Below, in pieces: positions 1 through 10,086 of a DNA stretch of 64,000 nucleotides. The notes under the pieces were generated by a model that was given only the letters and a program-made list of their open reading frames with translations, searched no databases and was not told the origin of the DNA. The stretch comes from Anaerolineae bacterium (GTDB lineage Bacteria; Chloroflexota; Anaerolineae; S140-20), in the NCBI GenBank assembly GCA_027021705.1, contig JALUTT010000002.1, positions 11,650 to 75,649 of the forward strand. The letters run 5' to 3'. Position numbers and translations under genes: made by a program. Position 1 is the first letter of the stretch; every line of letters begins with the position of its first letter.

Positions 1-195
1 TTCTTCCAGCAGCCGCTTCACGGAATGCCCCCAGGCCTCACCTTTCAGGTGCTGGTAGAGGGCCTTGAGCGCCTTCTCGGCGGCCTGCTGGGCGCTGAAG
101 CAGGCCCATTCGTGGTAGCCTCCGGTCAGGTCGGCCCGGGCGTGTTCCAGGTCGCGCCATGCCTGGTCGAGCCAATCCTGGGCTCTGCTGGCCAT
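1..195 (-). CDS. HEPN domain protein (N-terminal part, runs off the window)
   Basis: Manual translation MASRAQDWLDQAWRDLEHARADLTGGYHEWACFSAQQAAEKALKALYQHLKGEAWGHSV...; 'CFxAQQAAEKALKA...GH' is the typical HEPN (MNT partner) signature. Not in the ORF track. Confidence 0.85.
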   Translation of the reverse strand, partial: MASRAQDWLDQAWRDLEHARADLTGGYHEWACFSAQQAAEKALKALYQHLKGEAWGHSVKRLLEE

Positions 196-223
196 TGGGA
201 TGCTCCTTGTGCCTCTCGGGGGG

Positions 224-694
224 CTATGGCAGGAGTCGCACGGCGTCGCCGATACGGATGCGTCCGGGCTGCAGTACCCGGGCGTAAACCCGCGACCAGC
301 CGGGGTGACGCTTCTGGGAGAGACGGCTGTAGTTCCCTCCGACGAACGAATCCCGGATGGTGGCGCAGGGGGTCGTGTGGCGGGTCACTTCGATCAGCAC
401 CTCATCGCCCAGTTGGAGGCGGGTTCCCGCTGTGACCTGGGACCAGTCCAGGCCGACGACGGTGATGTTCTCGCCGGTGGAGCCGGGGAAGATGGGGTGG
501 CCTTCGGCCTGGAGGGCCAGGATACGCTCCAGGGAGAAGAGGCAGAGGGCCCGTTCAGGACCCCCGTGGTGTTCGGTGTCGTTCTGATGATCGCCCACGA
601 TCCCCAGCCGTGTGACTTCCGCTTCGCGGATGGGGTGTTTGGGCACCCCACCGTGGGAGATGTTGATCTGGAAGACGTGGCCCTGCCGGCTCAT
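224..694 (-). CDS. MOSC domain protein
   Basis: [19 protein letters not shown] and PCATI motifs; ATG at 694 overlaps the lipA stop (ATGA). Confidence 0.9.
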   Translation of the reverse strand: MSRQGHVFQINISHGGVPKHPIREAEVTRLGIVGDHQNDTEHHGGPERALCLFSLERILALQAEGHPIFPGSTGENITVVGLDWSQVTAGTRLQLGDEVLIEVTRHTTPCATIRDSFVGGNYSRLSQKRHPGWSRVYARVLQPGRIRIGDAVRLLP

Positions 695-1605
695 CGTCCT
701 TCCCCCCTGATGAGCGTCCGGGCCTGACCCTCGGCGTGGTAGCTGCTGCGCACCAGAGGACCGCTCTCCACCCATCGGAAGCCCATTGCCATCCCCTCCT
801 CGTGCAGGCGGGCGAACTCGTCGGGATGCCAGTAACGGGCCACCGGCAGGTGCTTACGGGTGGGGCGCAGGTACTGACCGATGGTGACGATGTCCACTTC
901 GTGGGCCCGCAGGTCCCGCATCACCTGGAGCACCTCCTCCCACGTCTCGCCCAGCCCCACCATCAGCCCCGACTTGGTGATGGCGTCAGGGTCCATCTCC
1001 TTGGCCATCTGCAGGACCCGGAGGGAGCGCTCGTAGATGGCCTGGGGCCGGACGAGGCGGTAGAGGCGGGGGACCGTCTCCACGTTGTGGTTGAGGATCT
1101 CCGGGCGGGCGTCCATCACCATCTTGAGGGCCTCCCGGTCGCCTTTGAAGTCGGGGATGAGGACCTCGACGGTGCAGCCGGGAACCAGCCGGCGGATCTC
1201 CTCGATGGTGCGGGCGAAGATGTGAGCGCCTCCGTCGGGCAACTCGTCCCGGTTGACCGAGGTGAGGACGGCGTGCCGGAGCCCCATCGCCCGCACCGCT
1301 TCGGCCACGCGGCGGGGTTCCTCTTCGTCCACGGGGCCGGGGCGTCCCGTCTTGATGTTGCAGAAGCGGCAACTGCGGGTGCAGACGTCGCCCAAGAGGA
1401 GGAAGGTCGCCGTCCCTCGCCCCCAGCACTCGCCCAAGTTAGGGCACATCGCCTCTTCGCAGACGGTGTGCAGGACTTTGACCTGCATCAGGTGCTTGAG
1501 GTGCCGGTAGTTGGGGCCGGTAGGCAGCATCACCCGCAGCCAGGGCGGCTTGCGCCGAGGGGGATGGGCGACGGGAATCTGGTCGGGATGGATGACCGAA
1601 CTCAC
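691..1605 (-). CDS. lipA: Lipoyl synthase
   Basis: [12 protein letters not shown] and CTRSCRFC motifs, RSSYHA end; GTG start after AAGGAGGT. The N-terminal extension in the ORF track runs through a MITE. Confidence 0.97.
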   Translation of the reverse strand: MSSVIHPDQIPVAHPPRRKPPWLRVMLPTGPNYRHLKHLMQVKVLHTVCEEAMCPNLGECWGRGTATFLLLGDVCTRSCRFCNIKTGRPGPVDEEEPRRVAEAVRAMGLRHAVLTSVNRDELPDGGAHIFARTIEEIRRLVPGCTVEVLIPDFKGDREALKMVMDARPEILNHNVETVPRLYRLVRPQAIYERSLRVLQMAKEMDPDAITKSGLMVGLGETWEEVLQVMRDLRAHEVDIVTIGQYLRPTRKHLPVARYWHPDEFARLHEEGMAMGFRWVESGPLVRSSYHAEGQARTLIRGEGR

Positions 1606-1628
1606 AGGACCTCCTTGGAGATGTTGGG

Positions 1629-1742
1629 GTAACTGTTTACCCTCCCGCAGGTTAGGCGCGTTTCCGACGCGAAACCGTGCTTCAAATGGCCCATCGGGGC
1701 TGAAAGCGCCCTCGACCGGTGACCTGCGGGAGGGTAGGCTGA
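1629..1742 (-). mobile_element. MITE copy 1 (opposite orientation, one end degenerate)
   Basis: Near-identical to 9965-10086 and 50190-50310 in reverse complement; no target duplication visible. Confidence 0.85.
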
Positions 1743-1757
1743 CTTGACGACGTGCCT

Positions 1758-3953
1758 TCACGACGCTCCCTTCAGCCGCATAGCCACCCGTTCAGGAGTC
1801 AGGGGAATCTCGTCGAACCAGACGCCGGTGGCGTCGCGGACGGCGGCGATCAGGGCCGGGGCCAGGGGCAGGTAGGGCATCTCCCCCATCCCTCGCGCCC
1901 CCCACGGCCCTTCGGGATCGGCGTACTCCAGGATGACCGACTCGACCCGGTCGGGGATGTCCAGCACGGTGGGGATCAGGTAGGTGCTGAGTTGGTCGGT
2001 GAGGACGTACCCGTTCTGGGTCTTGAACTCCTCCAGCACGGCGTAGCCCAGGGCCTGGACGACGCCTCCCTCGATCTGCCCCTCGATGAGCTGGGGGTTG
2101 ATGGCCTGCCCGACGTCGTTGGCCGAGATGACGCGCCGCACGTGGATGAGGCCGGTCTCGTCATCCACTTCGACCTCGACGACCTGGGCAACGTAACCGT
2201 AGGTGAAGTTGGGCATGCTGTGGCCCGTCTCCGGGTCGAAGGGGGTGGTCTTGGGGGCCAGGTAGGTGTGTTCGCCGATGGCCGGCCGCTCCTCGTCGTG
2301 CCAGGCGGCCAGGGCTTTGCGGGCAGCCCCCCGGATGGCGTTGCCGGCCATAAAGGTGCCTCGAGAGGCGGAGGCACTGCCGGCGTTGCGGCTGTTGAGC
2401 GTGTCGGCGGTGACCAGGTGGACCTTTTCCAGCGGAACGCCGACGGCCTCGGCGGCCATCTGGCAGATGACGGTGTGGTGGCCCTGGCCGACCTCGGCAC
2501 CGGCGTAGGTGAGCCAAACCTCTTCGATCTCCCCATCCCCCCGCAGCTCGATGCGGGCCCAACTGTTCTCCTGATAGCCGAAGCTGAAGCCGATGTTCTT
2601 GAAGCCGGCGGCGAAGCCGATCCCGCGCCGAGGGGAGGGTCTCTCCGGGCGGTGCCATCCCCTTTCGTCCTGGGTCCAGCCCCCGGACCGGGCTGCGGCC
2701 TCGATGACCGGCCCGATGGTGACGCCCGGTGGAACAGGGGTGCCCACGGACATCAGGCTGCCCTCCCGCAGGACGTTGCGCAGCCGGAACTCCACCGGGT
2801 CCATACCCAGCGCCTCGGCCAGCTTGTTCACCTGCATCTCGGCGACAAAGGCCCCTTGGGGCGCACCGAAGCCCCGGAAGGCGGCGGTGGGGAGGTTGTT
2901 GGTGTAGACGCCGTAGACATCCACCTTGACGTGGGGGATCTCGTAAGGGCCGGTGCAGGTGACGGTCGTGTTGCCCAGGACCTTGTTGGTCGTGTAGCAG
3001 TAAGCGCCGGCATCGGCGATCACCTCGACCTGGGCGGCAACGATCTTCCCCTCGCGGGTGGCTCCCCAGCGGGCCCGGATGCGCATCGGGTGGCGCTTGC
3101 CGTGGCCGATGATGGACTCCCGGCGGCTCCAGACGATCTTGACCGGGCGCCGGAGCTTCCAGGCGGCCAGGGCCAGGACGATCTGGACGGACATATCCTC
3201 GCGGCCGCCGAAGGCCCCACCGACGGCGGGGTAGACGACCCGCACCTGCTCCAGGGGGAGGCCCAGGGCGTGGGCGATCTGCTCCTGGTCTTCGTGGATC
3301 CACTGCCCGGCCACCTGGACGGTCACCCGGCCTTCCTCGTCCACGTAGGCCAGGCCGGCCTCGGGCTGGAGGTAGGCGTGCTCTTGGAAGGGGAGGCGGT
3401 ATTCCCCCTCGACGACCACGTCGGCCTGGGCGAAGCCCTCATTTACATCCCCCTTGCGCACCCGGTAGTGGACGAGGACGTTGCTGTCGCCTCGCTCCGG
3501 GTGGACGAGGGGGGCGTCAGGCTGCATCGCCTCGACGGGGTCGGTGACGACGGGCAGGTCTTCGTACTTGACCTCGATGAGGGCCAAGGCTTGAGCGGCG
3601 GCCTTCTCTGTCTCGGCCACGACGAGGGCTACCTGGTCGCCGACGAAGCGGACGACGTCGGCGCCGGGCTTGTCGGAGCCGGGGCCGCAGAGGACCGGCT
3701 GGTCGGGCATCTGCAGGCCGTACTCGTTGACGGGCACGTCTTTGGCGGTGAAAACGGCCACGACGCCGGGGTGGGCCTCTGCTCTGCTGGTGTCTATGCG
3801 CCGGATGCGGGCGTGGGGCCGCTCGGCGAAGAGGATTTTCATATGCAGCATACCGGGCATCGAGAGGTCGCCCGGGAAGAGGGCCTCGCCGGTGACCTTG
3901 CTCCGGGCGTCCACCCGGGGGACGGACCGACCGATCACGCGATGGGAACTCAT
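1758..3953 (-). CDS. Xanthine dehydrogenase family molybdopterin-binding subunit
   Basis: [21 protein letters not shown] and RGMGE motifs. Confidence 0.95.
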   Translation of the reverse strand: MSSHRVIGRSVPRVDARSKVTGEALFPGDLSMPGMLHMKILFAERPHARIRRIDTSRAEAHPGVVAVFTAKDVPVNEYGLQMPDQPVLCGPGSDKPGADVVRFVGDQVALVVAETEKAAAQALALIEVKYEDLPVVTDPVEAMQPDAPLVHPERGDSNVLVHYRVRKGDVNEGFAQADVVVEGEYRLPFQEHAYLQPEAGLAYVDEEGRVTVQVAGQWIHEDQEQIAHALGLPLEQVRVVYPAVGGAFGGREDMSVQIVLALAAWKLRRPVKIVWSRRESIIGHGKRHPMRIRARWGATREGKIVAAQVEVIADAGAYCYTTNKVLGNTTVTCTGPYEIPHVKVDVYGVYTNNLPTAAFRGFGAPQGAFVAEMQVNKLAEALGMDPVEFRLRNVLREGSLMSVGTPVPPGVTIGPVIEAAARSGGWTQDERGWHRPERPSPRRGIGFAAGFKNIGFSFGYQENSWARIELRGDGEIEEVWLTYAGAEVGQGHHTVICQMAAEAVGVPLEKVHLVTADTLNSRNAGSASASRGTFMAGNAIRGAARKALAAWHDEERPAIGEHTYLAPKTTPFDPETGHSMPNFTYGYVAQVVEVEVDDETGLIHVRRVISANDVGQAINPQLIEGQIEGGVVQALGYAVLEEFKTQNGYVLTDQLSTYLIPTVLDIPDRVESVILEYADPEGPWGARGMGEMPYLPLAPALIAAVRDATGVWFDEIPLTPERVAMRLKGAS

Positions 3954-4186
3954 CGGCGCTTCCTCCGTCTCAGCTCCTCGAACTCTTGGAGGGTGATGCC
4001 TGCTTGTTTCAGGATACTCCGGAGCGTACCCATAGGGATTTCACGGGGGTGCATTGGCACGACAACCTGCCGTCCATCGGGATGCCGCAGGATCCGATGA
4101 CTGCCCGTCTGCCGGCGCTCCTCGAATCCCAGACGACGTAGTACCTTCAGCACTTCACGCGGGCGTGGGGGCACGGTCAACCTCAA
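3950..4186 (-). CDS. hicA: HicA-family toxin (mRNA interferase)
   Basis: [36 protein letters not shown]; exact start uncertain. Confidence 0.9.
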   Translation of the reverse strand: MRLTVPPRPREVLKVLRRLGFEERRQTGSHRILRHPDGRQVVVPMHPREIPMGTLRSILKQAGITLQEFEELRRRKRR

Positions 4187-4400
4187 CGGGGATTCGGGCG
4201 CTCATTACATCTCTGGGAGCTTCTTCTCCTTCCTCAAGGAGGACGGCCAAGTATCCCTCGATGGCTTCACGGATCATGGCGAGGGCTTCATCAAAGCTGC
4301 GGCCGCAAGAAACACAGCCGGGCAGAGCAGGTACTTCCGCGTTCCACCATCCGGGGCTCTCAGGGTCCGGTCGTATGATGACCGTGTAAGCGTAAGTCAT
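4155..4400 (-). CDS. hicB: HicB-family antitoxin
   Basis: VPALPGCVSCGRSFDEALAMIREAIEGYL motif. Confidence 0.9.
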   Translation of the reverse strand: MTYAYTVIIRPDPESPGWWNAEVPALPGCVSCGRSFDEALAMIREAIEGYLAVLLEEGEEAPRDVMSARIPVEVDRAPTPA

Positions 4401-4406
4401 CCTCCC

Positions 4407-5834
4407 CTACTCCCTTGTCGCCTCTTCAAAGGCCCGCAGGATCTTGTAGTAGCCGGTGCATCGGCAGAGGTTGCCGGTGATGCTCTGACGGACCTGCTCG
4501 GGGGCGGGATGGGGCTTCTCCGCCAGCAGGGCAGCGCCGGCCATCAGGAACCCCGGGGTGCAGTAGCCGCACTGGACGGCTCCCGTCTTGATGAACGCTT
4601 CCTGGAGGGGGTGCAGCCGACCATCTTCCCGGAGCCCTTCGACGGTGACGATGCTGGCCCCGTGGGCGCGGGGGGCCGGCACCAGGCAGCTCATCACCGC
4701 GATGCCGTCCAGGAGGACCGTGCAGGCTCCGCACTCCCCCTCGGCACAGCCCTCCTTGGTGCCGGTGAGCCCCACATCTTCCCGCAGCATCCGCAGCAGG
4801 GTCTTGTCGTTGGCCCCGTGTACGGTGACGGCCCGCCCGTTGACGACCGTCTGGATCGGTTCCGGCCCCCCCTCCCGGTGCACGATGGTCCGGCCGGCCA
4901 GGGGGGGGAAGTGGCCGTTGGTCTTGCCCCAGAGCAAGGGCGGGTCCTGGGGCCAGCCGGCCCGCTCCTCGCCCCGCCACACCTGCCGGAGCGCCCGCCG
5001 GGTGAAGACCTCGACCATACGACGGCGGTAGGCAGCGGAGCCCCGCACATCGTCAATGGGGCGGGAGGCCTGGGCGGCCAGGCGGGCGGCCTGGGCGATG
5101 CGCTCCTCATCAAGGGGATGGCCCACCAACAGGGCCTCGGCCTCCTCGGCCCGCACGATGGTGGGGGCCACGCTGCCCAGCGTGATGCGGGCGTCGGTCA
5201 CCATCCCGTCCGGCCCACCGTCGAAGGTCAGCAGCACGGCGACATTGACGACGGCGATGGCCTGGGCCCGGCGCAACCCCAGCTTCAGGAAGGTCCCCCG
5301 CTGGTTCTCCCTCAGCGCGGGGAAGGCGATCTCCACCAGCATCTCGTCGGGGGCCAGGTCCACCTGGCGGACCCCCCGGTAGAAGTCGGCGAGGGGGATG
5401 GTGCGCTCGCCCCGGAGGCTGCGCAGGGTGAGGCGAGCATCCATCGCCCAGAGGGGCGGGATGGTGTCGTTGGCCGGGCTGGCGGTGATCAGGTTGCCCG
5501 CCACCGTGCCCGTGTTGCGGATCTGGGGGGCACCGACGGCCCAGCAAGCGGCGGCCAGGGGGAAGGCCCGCTCGACGCAGAGGGCCGAGGCGATTACCTG
5601 GTTGTGGGTCACCAGCGGCCCCAGGCGGATCCAGCCCTCGTCATCGAGCCGGATGCGGTCGAGGCCGGCGACGCGGCTGATGTCAACGAGCGTCTCCACG
5701 CCGGGGCGCTGCCGGCGTTCCATCTCCAGGACCAGATCGGTGCCGCCGGCGATGAGCCGGGCTCGCTCCCCGTGCTCCGCCAGCAGCCGCAGGGCTTCTT
5801 CCACGGATGTGACGGTGTAGAAGTTGTGCCACAT
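4407..5834 (-). CDS. Xanthine dehydrogenase FAD-binding subunit fused to a 2x[2Fe-2S] subunit
   Basis: AGGTDL and QIRNTGTVAGN in the N-terminal part; GCAEGECGACTV and QCGYCTPG...NLCRCTGY in the C-terminal part. Confidence 0.93.
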   Translation of the reverse strand: MWHNFYTVTSVEEALRLLAEHGERARLIAGGTDLVLEMERRQRPGVETLVDISRVAGLDRIRLDDEGWIRLGPLVTHNQVIASALCVERAFPLAAACWAVGAPQIRNTGTVAGNLITASPANDTIPPLWAMDARLTLRSLRGERTIPLADFYRGVRQVDLAPDEMLVEIAFPALRENQRGTFLKLGLRRAQAIAVVNVAVLLTFDGGPDGMVTDARITLGSVAPTIVRAEEAEALLVGHPLDEERIAQAARLAAQASRPIDDVRGSAAYRRRMVEVFTRRALRQVWRGEERAGWPQDPPLLWGKTNGHFPPLAGRTIVHREGGPEPIQTVVNGRAVTVHGANDKTLLRMLREDVGLTGTKEGCAEGECGACTVLLDGIAVMSCLVPAPRAHGASIVTVEGLREDGRLHPLQEAFIKTGAVQCGYCTPGFLMAGAALLAEKPHPAPEQVRQSITGNLCRCTGYYKILRAFEEATRE

Positions 5835-5936
5835 AGGGTCACCTTCCGTCGTCGTGCTCTGGGTGGGACCGGAGGCTCCCCGGTCTGCCGGCGATGCCGT
5901 CCGGCAGGGATGGGGAAGCCAGGTCCGGTCGTCGGG

Positions 5937-6764
5937 CTATCGGCCGCCGGAGTCAGATGAAGGGGCCGAGGGAGCGGGGGCGCTGCGCAGGCGCTCTCGC
6001 CGGTTCCGCACTTGGATGATCTCGGCCATAATGCTGACGGCGATCTCCTCCGGCGTCTCGGCGTGGATGGCCAGCCCGATGGGGCTGTGGATGCGCCGGA
6101 TCGCCTCCTCGGGCACGCCCCTCTCTTGCAGCGCCTTGGTCGCCGTCACCCAACGCCGGCGGCTGCCGATGACGCCGATGTATGCTGCTTCCGTCTCGAG
6201 GAGGTAGGGTAGGGTCTCCACGTCAAGGGTGTAGCTTCGGGTCACGCTGATCACGTAGGTCTGGGCGTTGATGGGAACTTGACGGACCACTTCTCCCAGG
6301 GAACCAACGAGGAGTTCGTCGGCGTCGGGGACCTGCTCCGGGGTGCAGAGCTCAGGCCGGTCATCGGCGACGATGACGCGGAAGCCCAGCCACCGAGCCA
6401 GGTGGGCGACGGCCTTGCCCACGTGGCCGGCGCCCAGGATGAGCACCTGGGGCGGGGGGAGGATCGGTTCGATGAAGACCTCCATCTCACCGCCGCAGAC
6501 GCCGACGCTCTCAGACCGGGGGCCGGCCAGGGAGTAGTGCTCGAGGCGGGCCTGTCCGCTGCGTAGGACCTCCAGCGCCGTCTGGATGACCCGGTGCTCC
6601 AGTTCTCCCCCGCCGACGGTCCCCTGGGTGCGTCCGTCGGGATAGATCAGCATCCGAGCCGTGGCCCCTCGGGGGACGGAGCCCCGGGCCCGGATGACGG
6701 TGGCCATCGCAACCGGTTGGCCGTTTCTCTGCGCTTCTACAATGGCTGCGTAGAGGGATGTCAT
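5937..6764 (-). CDS. xdhC: XdhC/CoxI family Moco-insertion accessory protein
   Basis: GTVGGGELE, VCGG, GAGHV, YIGVIGSRRR and ETPEEIAVSI motifs. Confidence 0.92.
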   Translation of the reverse strand: MTSLYAAIVEAQRNGQPVAMATVIRARGSVPRGATARMLIYPDGRTQGTVGGGELEHRVIQTALEVLRSGQARLEHYSLAGPRSESVGVCGGEMEVFIEPILPPPQVLILGAGHVGKAVAHLARWLGFRVIVADDRPELCTPEQVPDADELLVGSLGEVVRQVPINAQTYVISVTRSYTLDVETLPYLLETEAAYIGVIGSRRRWVTATKALQERGVPEEAIRRIHSPIGLAIHAETPEEIAVSIMAEIIQVRNRRERLRSAPAPSAPSSDSGGR

Positions 6765-6771
6765 CCGTCGT

Positions 6772-7620
6772 TTATCTTCCCCAAGCTTGAGCTAGGGCAC
6801 GGCGAGCCAGTTGCAGGGCCATCGCCTGCCGGTATTCGGCACTGCCCAGAAAGTCCGACGGCGGATTGGGGATGTCAAGCGTCAGCGTTGCCGCATCCAG
6901 GGGAGCCCCCTGGAGTTCCCGTTCGAGGGCCGGGAGGCGGATGGGGTGATCGGCCACACCCCCCAGGGCCAGACGTATCGCCTGAACGGTGTCGCCGGCG
7001 CGGACCAGCCAGGCGGCGGCGCAGACGATGGGCTGGTCGTGGGGGGTTCGCCCCACCCAGGCCCAGGCGGCCCTGGCCGGCGGATCGTCGGGTCTGGGCA
7101 AGGGCAGGCTGACCTCGGTGATCAGCGCCCCATCGGCCAGCAGTCGCTCTCGGTAGGCCAGGAAGCTCTCCAACGAGGTCTGGCGGGGTTGGGGTGCCCA
7201 GAGGGTCAGGTGGGCGTCCAGGGCCAGCAGGGCAACGATGAGGGGGGTGCTGGCCTGGGGAGCGGCCAGGATCCCGCCGACGGTGGCCGCCGTGCGCAGG
7301 GTGCTGGGGGCGGTGGCGTGGGCCGTCTCCGCCAGCAGCCGTAGGAAGGTCTGGCCGGCCGGTGGATCGCTCAGCAATGGGGCCTGGGCCAACTGCTGAA
7401 GCGTCGTGGTGGCACCGATGCGTAGCCGATCCCCTTCCGAACGGATGTAGGCCAGTCCCAGGTCGGCCAGGTCTACAACGGCCTCCACATCACGGCGCCG
7501 GGAGGGCACGAGGGTGGTGCCGCCGGCCAGGGGAACGGTGCGGGTCTCGCGCCGGCGTAGCAGCCGGACGGCTTCCTCCAGGTCGGTTGGACGGTGGTAC
7601 TCCCGAAGGTTGAGCATCAT
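6772..7620 (-). CDS. FAD-binding subunit of a molybdopterin dehydrogenase (CoxM/XdhB-like)
   Basis: YHRPTDLEEA, AGGTTL, IGATTTL, ATVGG and SAEYR motifs. Confidence 0.85.
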   Translation of the reverse strand: MMLNLREYHRPTDLEEAVRLLRRRETRTVPLAGGTTLVPSRRRDVEAVVDLADLGLAYIRSEGDRLRIGATTTLQQLAQAPLLSDPPAGQTFLRLLAETAHATAPSTLRTAATVGGILAAPQASTPLIVALLALDAHLTLWAPQPRQTSLESFLAYRERLLADGALITEVSLPLPRPDDPPARAAWAWVGRTPHDQPIVCAAAWLVRAGDTVQAIRLALGGVADHPIRLPALERELQGAPLDAATLTLDIPNPPSDFLGSAEYRQAMALQLARRALAQAWGR

Positions 7621-7627
7621 CGGTTCC

Positions 7628-8134
7628 CTACTTTTTCCCTTCTTCTCCTTCTCTAGGCCCTCCGGGGAGGTCGGGGTAGACCTTCCAGTAGGGCTTCTCC
7701 GGCTCCCAAGCGGCACGGAACTCGTCGGGGGGGCGGGCCAGGAGCATCTCCGCCTGGGCGGTGATGGTGCCGTCGGGGAGGCGGATTTCGCCGGCCACCC
7801 TGGCCCGGTGGTTCCCAGGCCGTTCCACCCACCCCACCGCCGTCAGGGGCACGCCCACGGGGGTAGGACGGCGATAGCGGATGTCCATCTTCAGGGTGAC
7901 CATCAGGTCCTCGTCGGAGCCGTGGATGAGCAGGGCGCGGCCGGCCACTTCGTCCAAGATGGCGGCGACGATCCCGCCGTGGACGACGCCGGGGTAGCCC
8001 TGGTATGTCTCCGGCACGGTGATGTGGGCGATCACCCGCTCCTTCTCGTGGTCCTCGTAGAAGGCCAGGTGAAGTCCCACCGGGTTCTGCACACCGCAGA
8101 CGAAGCACATCCGGGAGTTGGGTTGTTTGTTCAT
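7628..8134 (-). CDS. PaaI/hot-dog fold thioesterase
   Basis: CFVCG..NPVGL and YPGVVHGGIVAAILDE motifs. Confidence 0.9.
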   Translation of the reverse strand: MNKQPNSRMCFVCGVQNPVGLHLAFYEDHEKERVIAHITVPETYQGYPGVVHGGIVAAILDEVAGRALLIHGSDEDLMVTLKMDIRYRRPTPVGVPLTAVGWVERPGNHRARVAGEIRLPDGTITAQAEMLLARPPDEFRAAWEPEKPYWKVYPDLPGGPREGEEGKK

Positions 8135-8159
8135 CGCGACCTTGACGGCGTTCTGTGAG

Positions 8160-8372
8160 TTATTCCTTCCAGTAAGCTCTAGCTCTTTCAAATATCTCTT
8201 GTATCGTTTGGCCTTCGTAGAGCCGCCGAGAGATCTCCACGTAATCCGTAGCTTCACGGTGAAGTAGGGTGAGGAATCGAAGTGCAGCAGCAGGACCGAG
8301 GGCCTTGTTCAGGGCTTCGATGCCAATGGTCCTGATTTCCGTATCACTCATAACTCTTACTTTCTTCGTCAT
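8160..8372 (-). CDS. Small putative antitoxin paired with the PIN protein
   Basis: 70 aa, 'GIEALNKALGPAAALRFL...DY' pattern; overlaps the PIN gene. Confidence 0.7.
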   Translation of the reverse strand: MTKKVRVMSDTEIRTIGIEALNKALGPAAALRFLTLLHREATDYVEISRRLYEGQTIQEIFERARAYWKE

Positions 8373-8814
8373 CTTTTGCCATCCTTCTGACGTAGTCAAC
8401 GGGATTCATCACGGCCATTTCGAGGTCCAGTCGTCTGGCCCGTTTGATCAGCTTATCATCACAGGTCAGGAAGACGTCGGCACCGACGTAAGAAGCACAT
8501 GCCAGGTGGATGGCATCTTTCGCAGATAGTGACCCTTCGCGCTGGAAAGCTTCGGCGATCTCCTGGATCGCTTCCTCGGGGCCTACCCGTATCGCGCACA
8601 GAGTTGCTAGGCGAAGCACTTCCAGCTTCCGTTCTGGGAAAGGACAGAGCATAGTTTCATCTTCGTGCATAAAGGACCAGACCAATTGGACTGCACCTTC
8701 TTCCGCCTGTATGAAGATCTCCTGGCAGGCTAGAGCTTCCATCCGAATCCGAATTTGCCCGGGATCGTCGAATCCCCTTTGGAAGCAGTTGTAGTCCAGG
8801 TAGATCAGGGTCAT
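8344..8814 (-). CDS. PIN domain protein (VapC-like toxin)
   Basis: IYLDYNC N-terminus and DAIHLACA..ADVFLTCDD. Confidence 0.88.
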   Translation of the reverse strand: MTLIYLDYNCFQRGFDDPGQIRIRMEALACQEIFIQAEEGAVQLVWSFMHEDETMLCPFPERKLEVLRLATLCAIRVGPEEAIQEIAEAFQREGSLSAKDAIHLACASYVGADVFLTCDDKLIKRARRLDLEMAVMNPVDYVRRMAKDDEESKSYE

Positions 8815-8820
8815 ACGGTA

Positions 8821-9825
8821 TTACCTTTTGCTCGAAGGCGCGAAGGTGTCAATCATCAGCCGGACGTCGCCCAGGGGATAGAGGATGGGGCAGGTGGCTC
8901 CGTGGTCCAGGTACTCCTGGACCTTGGCCTTGGCCTCTTCGGGAGTGCCGCTGGCGGTGATGCGGTAGACCAGGTCGTCCGGCACGTACTGCATCGCCTG
9001 TTCGATCTGCTCCTTCGTGGCCGGCCAGCCCAGGATGGACTGCACCTTTTCCACGACCTCCTGTTTGACACCGCTGGCCTGGGCGATGTGGGGCTGTTGG
9101 GCCAGGTACTGGGTCAGCAGTGCCTTGGCCCCGTAGATGGCCCGATCCCGATCGTGGTCCACCGAGCAGACGATGAGTTGGGGGCGGTCTATCTCCTCCA
9201 GCGTCCGCCCGGCCCGGCGGGCCCCGATCTCCAAGTGCTCCAGAGCGCGGTCGTTGTACTCCGGCGGCACGCAGTAGTTGAGCACCACGCCGTCGGCGAT
9301 CTCGCCGGCCAGTTCCATCATCTTCATCCCGGTGGCCCCGATGTAGATGGGCACGTTGCGGGGCTCCCGGCGACCGTGCACCACGTCCAGTTCGATGCCG
9401 GTCACGTGGACGAACTCGCCGTGGAAGGTCACGTTTTCCATATTCAGGAGCCGGCGGAGCACCGTCACCGTCTCCCGCATCGCCGTCAGGGGTTTGCGCC
9501 GTCGGATCCCCACGTTGCGGGCCAGCGGATCCCACCAGGCCCCGATGCCGCAGATGATCCGGTCGGGGGCCAGATCGTCCAGGGTCAGGAAGGTGGCGGC
9601 CAGGAGGCCGATGTTGCGGGTCCAGTTGTTGATGACGCCGGAGCCCACCTTGATGCGCTCGGTGACGGCGGCGAAGGCGGCCATGGGCACGATGGCGTCG
9701 CGTACCAGGCGGCTCTCGGCCTGCCAGACGGCCTCGAAGCCTTTCTCCTCGGCGTAGCGGACATACTGCATCCCATCCCGGATGGGATGGGCATCCTGCA
9801 GGTAGAGGGCAACACGTTGAGACAC
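8821..9825 (-). CDS. LLM class flavin/F420-dependent oxidoreductase
   Basis: [23 protein letters not shown] and [21 protein letters not shown] motifs. Confidence 0.92.
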   Translation of the reverse strand: MSQRVALYLQDAHPIRDGMQYVRYAEEKGFEAVWQAESRLVRDAIVPMAAFAAVTERIKVGSGVINNWTRNIGLLAATFLTLDDLAPDRIICGIGAWWDPLARNVGIRRRKPLTAMRETVTVLRRLLNMENVTFHGEFVHVTGIELDVVHGRREPRNVPIYIGATGMKMMELAGEIADGVVLNYCVPPEYNDRALEHLEIGARRAGRTLEEIDRPQLIVCSVDHDRDRAIYGAKALLTQYLAQQPHIAQASGVKQEVVEKVQSILGWPATKEQIEQAMQYVPDDLVYRITASGTPEEAKAKVQEYLDHGATCPILYPLGDVRLMIDTFAPSSKR

Positions 9826-9964
9826 CGGAGACCTCCTTAACGGGTTGGCGAGGGGCAGCGTCTGGAACCCATTTTACACCAGGACCGTCCATCCGGCAAC
9901 ATTGTCTAGGCGGCCCGCCGGAATAGGGATTCCGGCGTTCCAAAGGCTTATGGGTAGTCGTCGG

Positions 9965-10086
9965 GTATCTATTCAGCCTACCCTCCCGCAGGTCACCGGT
10001 CGAGGGCGCTTTCAGCCCCGATAGGTTACTTGAAGCACGGTTTCGCGTCGGAAATGCGCCTAACCTGCGGGAGGGTGAACAGTTAC
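9965..10086 (+). mobile_element. MITE copy 2 (122 bp) with 8-bp target duplication GTCGTCGG
   Basis: Ends GTATCTATTCA / TGAACAGTTAC, inner IR ACCCTCCCGCAGGT; GTCGTCGG at 9957-9964 and 10087-10094. Confidence 0.93.

Noticed and set aside
1752..4100. Long + strand ORFs antisense to real genes (also 20770-22620, 24789-27092, 48510-50321 and others)
   Set aside because: These are shadow ORFs typical of high-GC codon bias; the opposite strand has clear family motifs.
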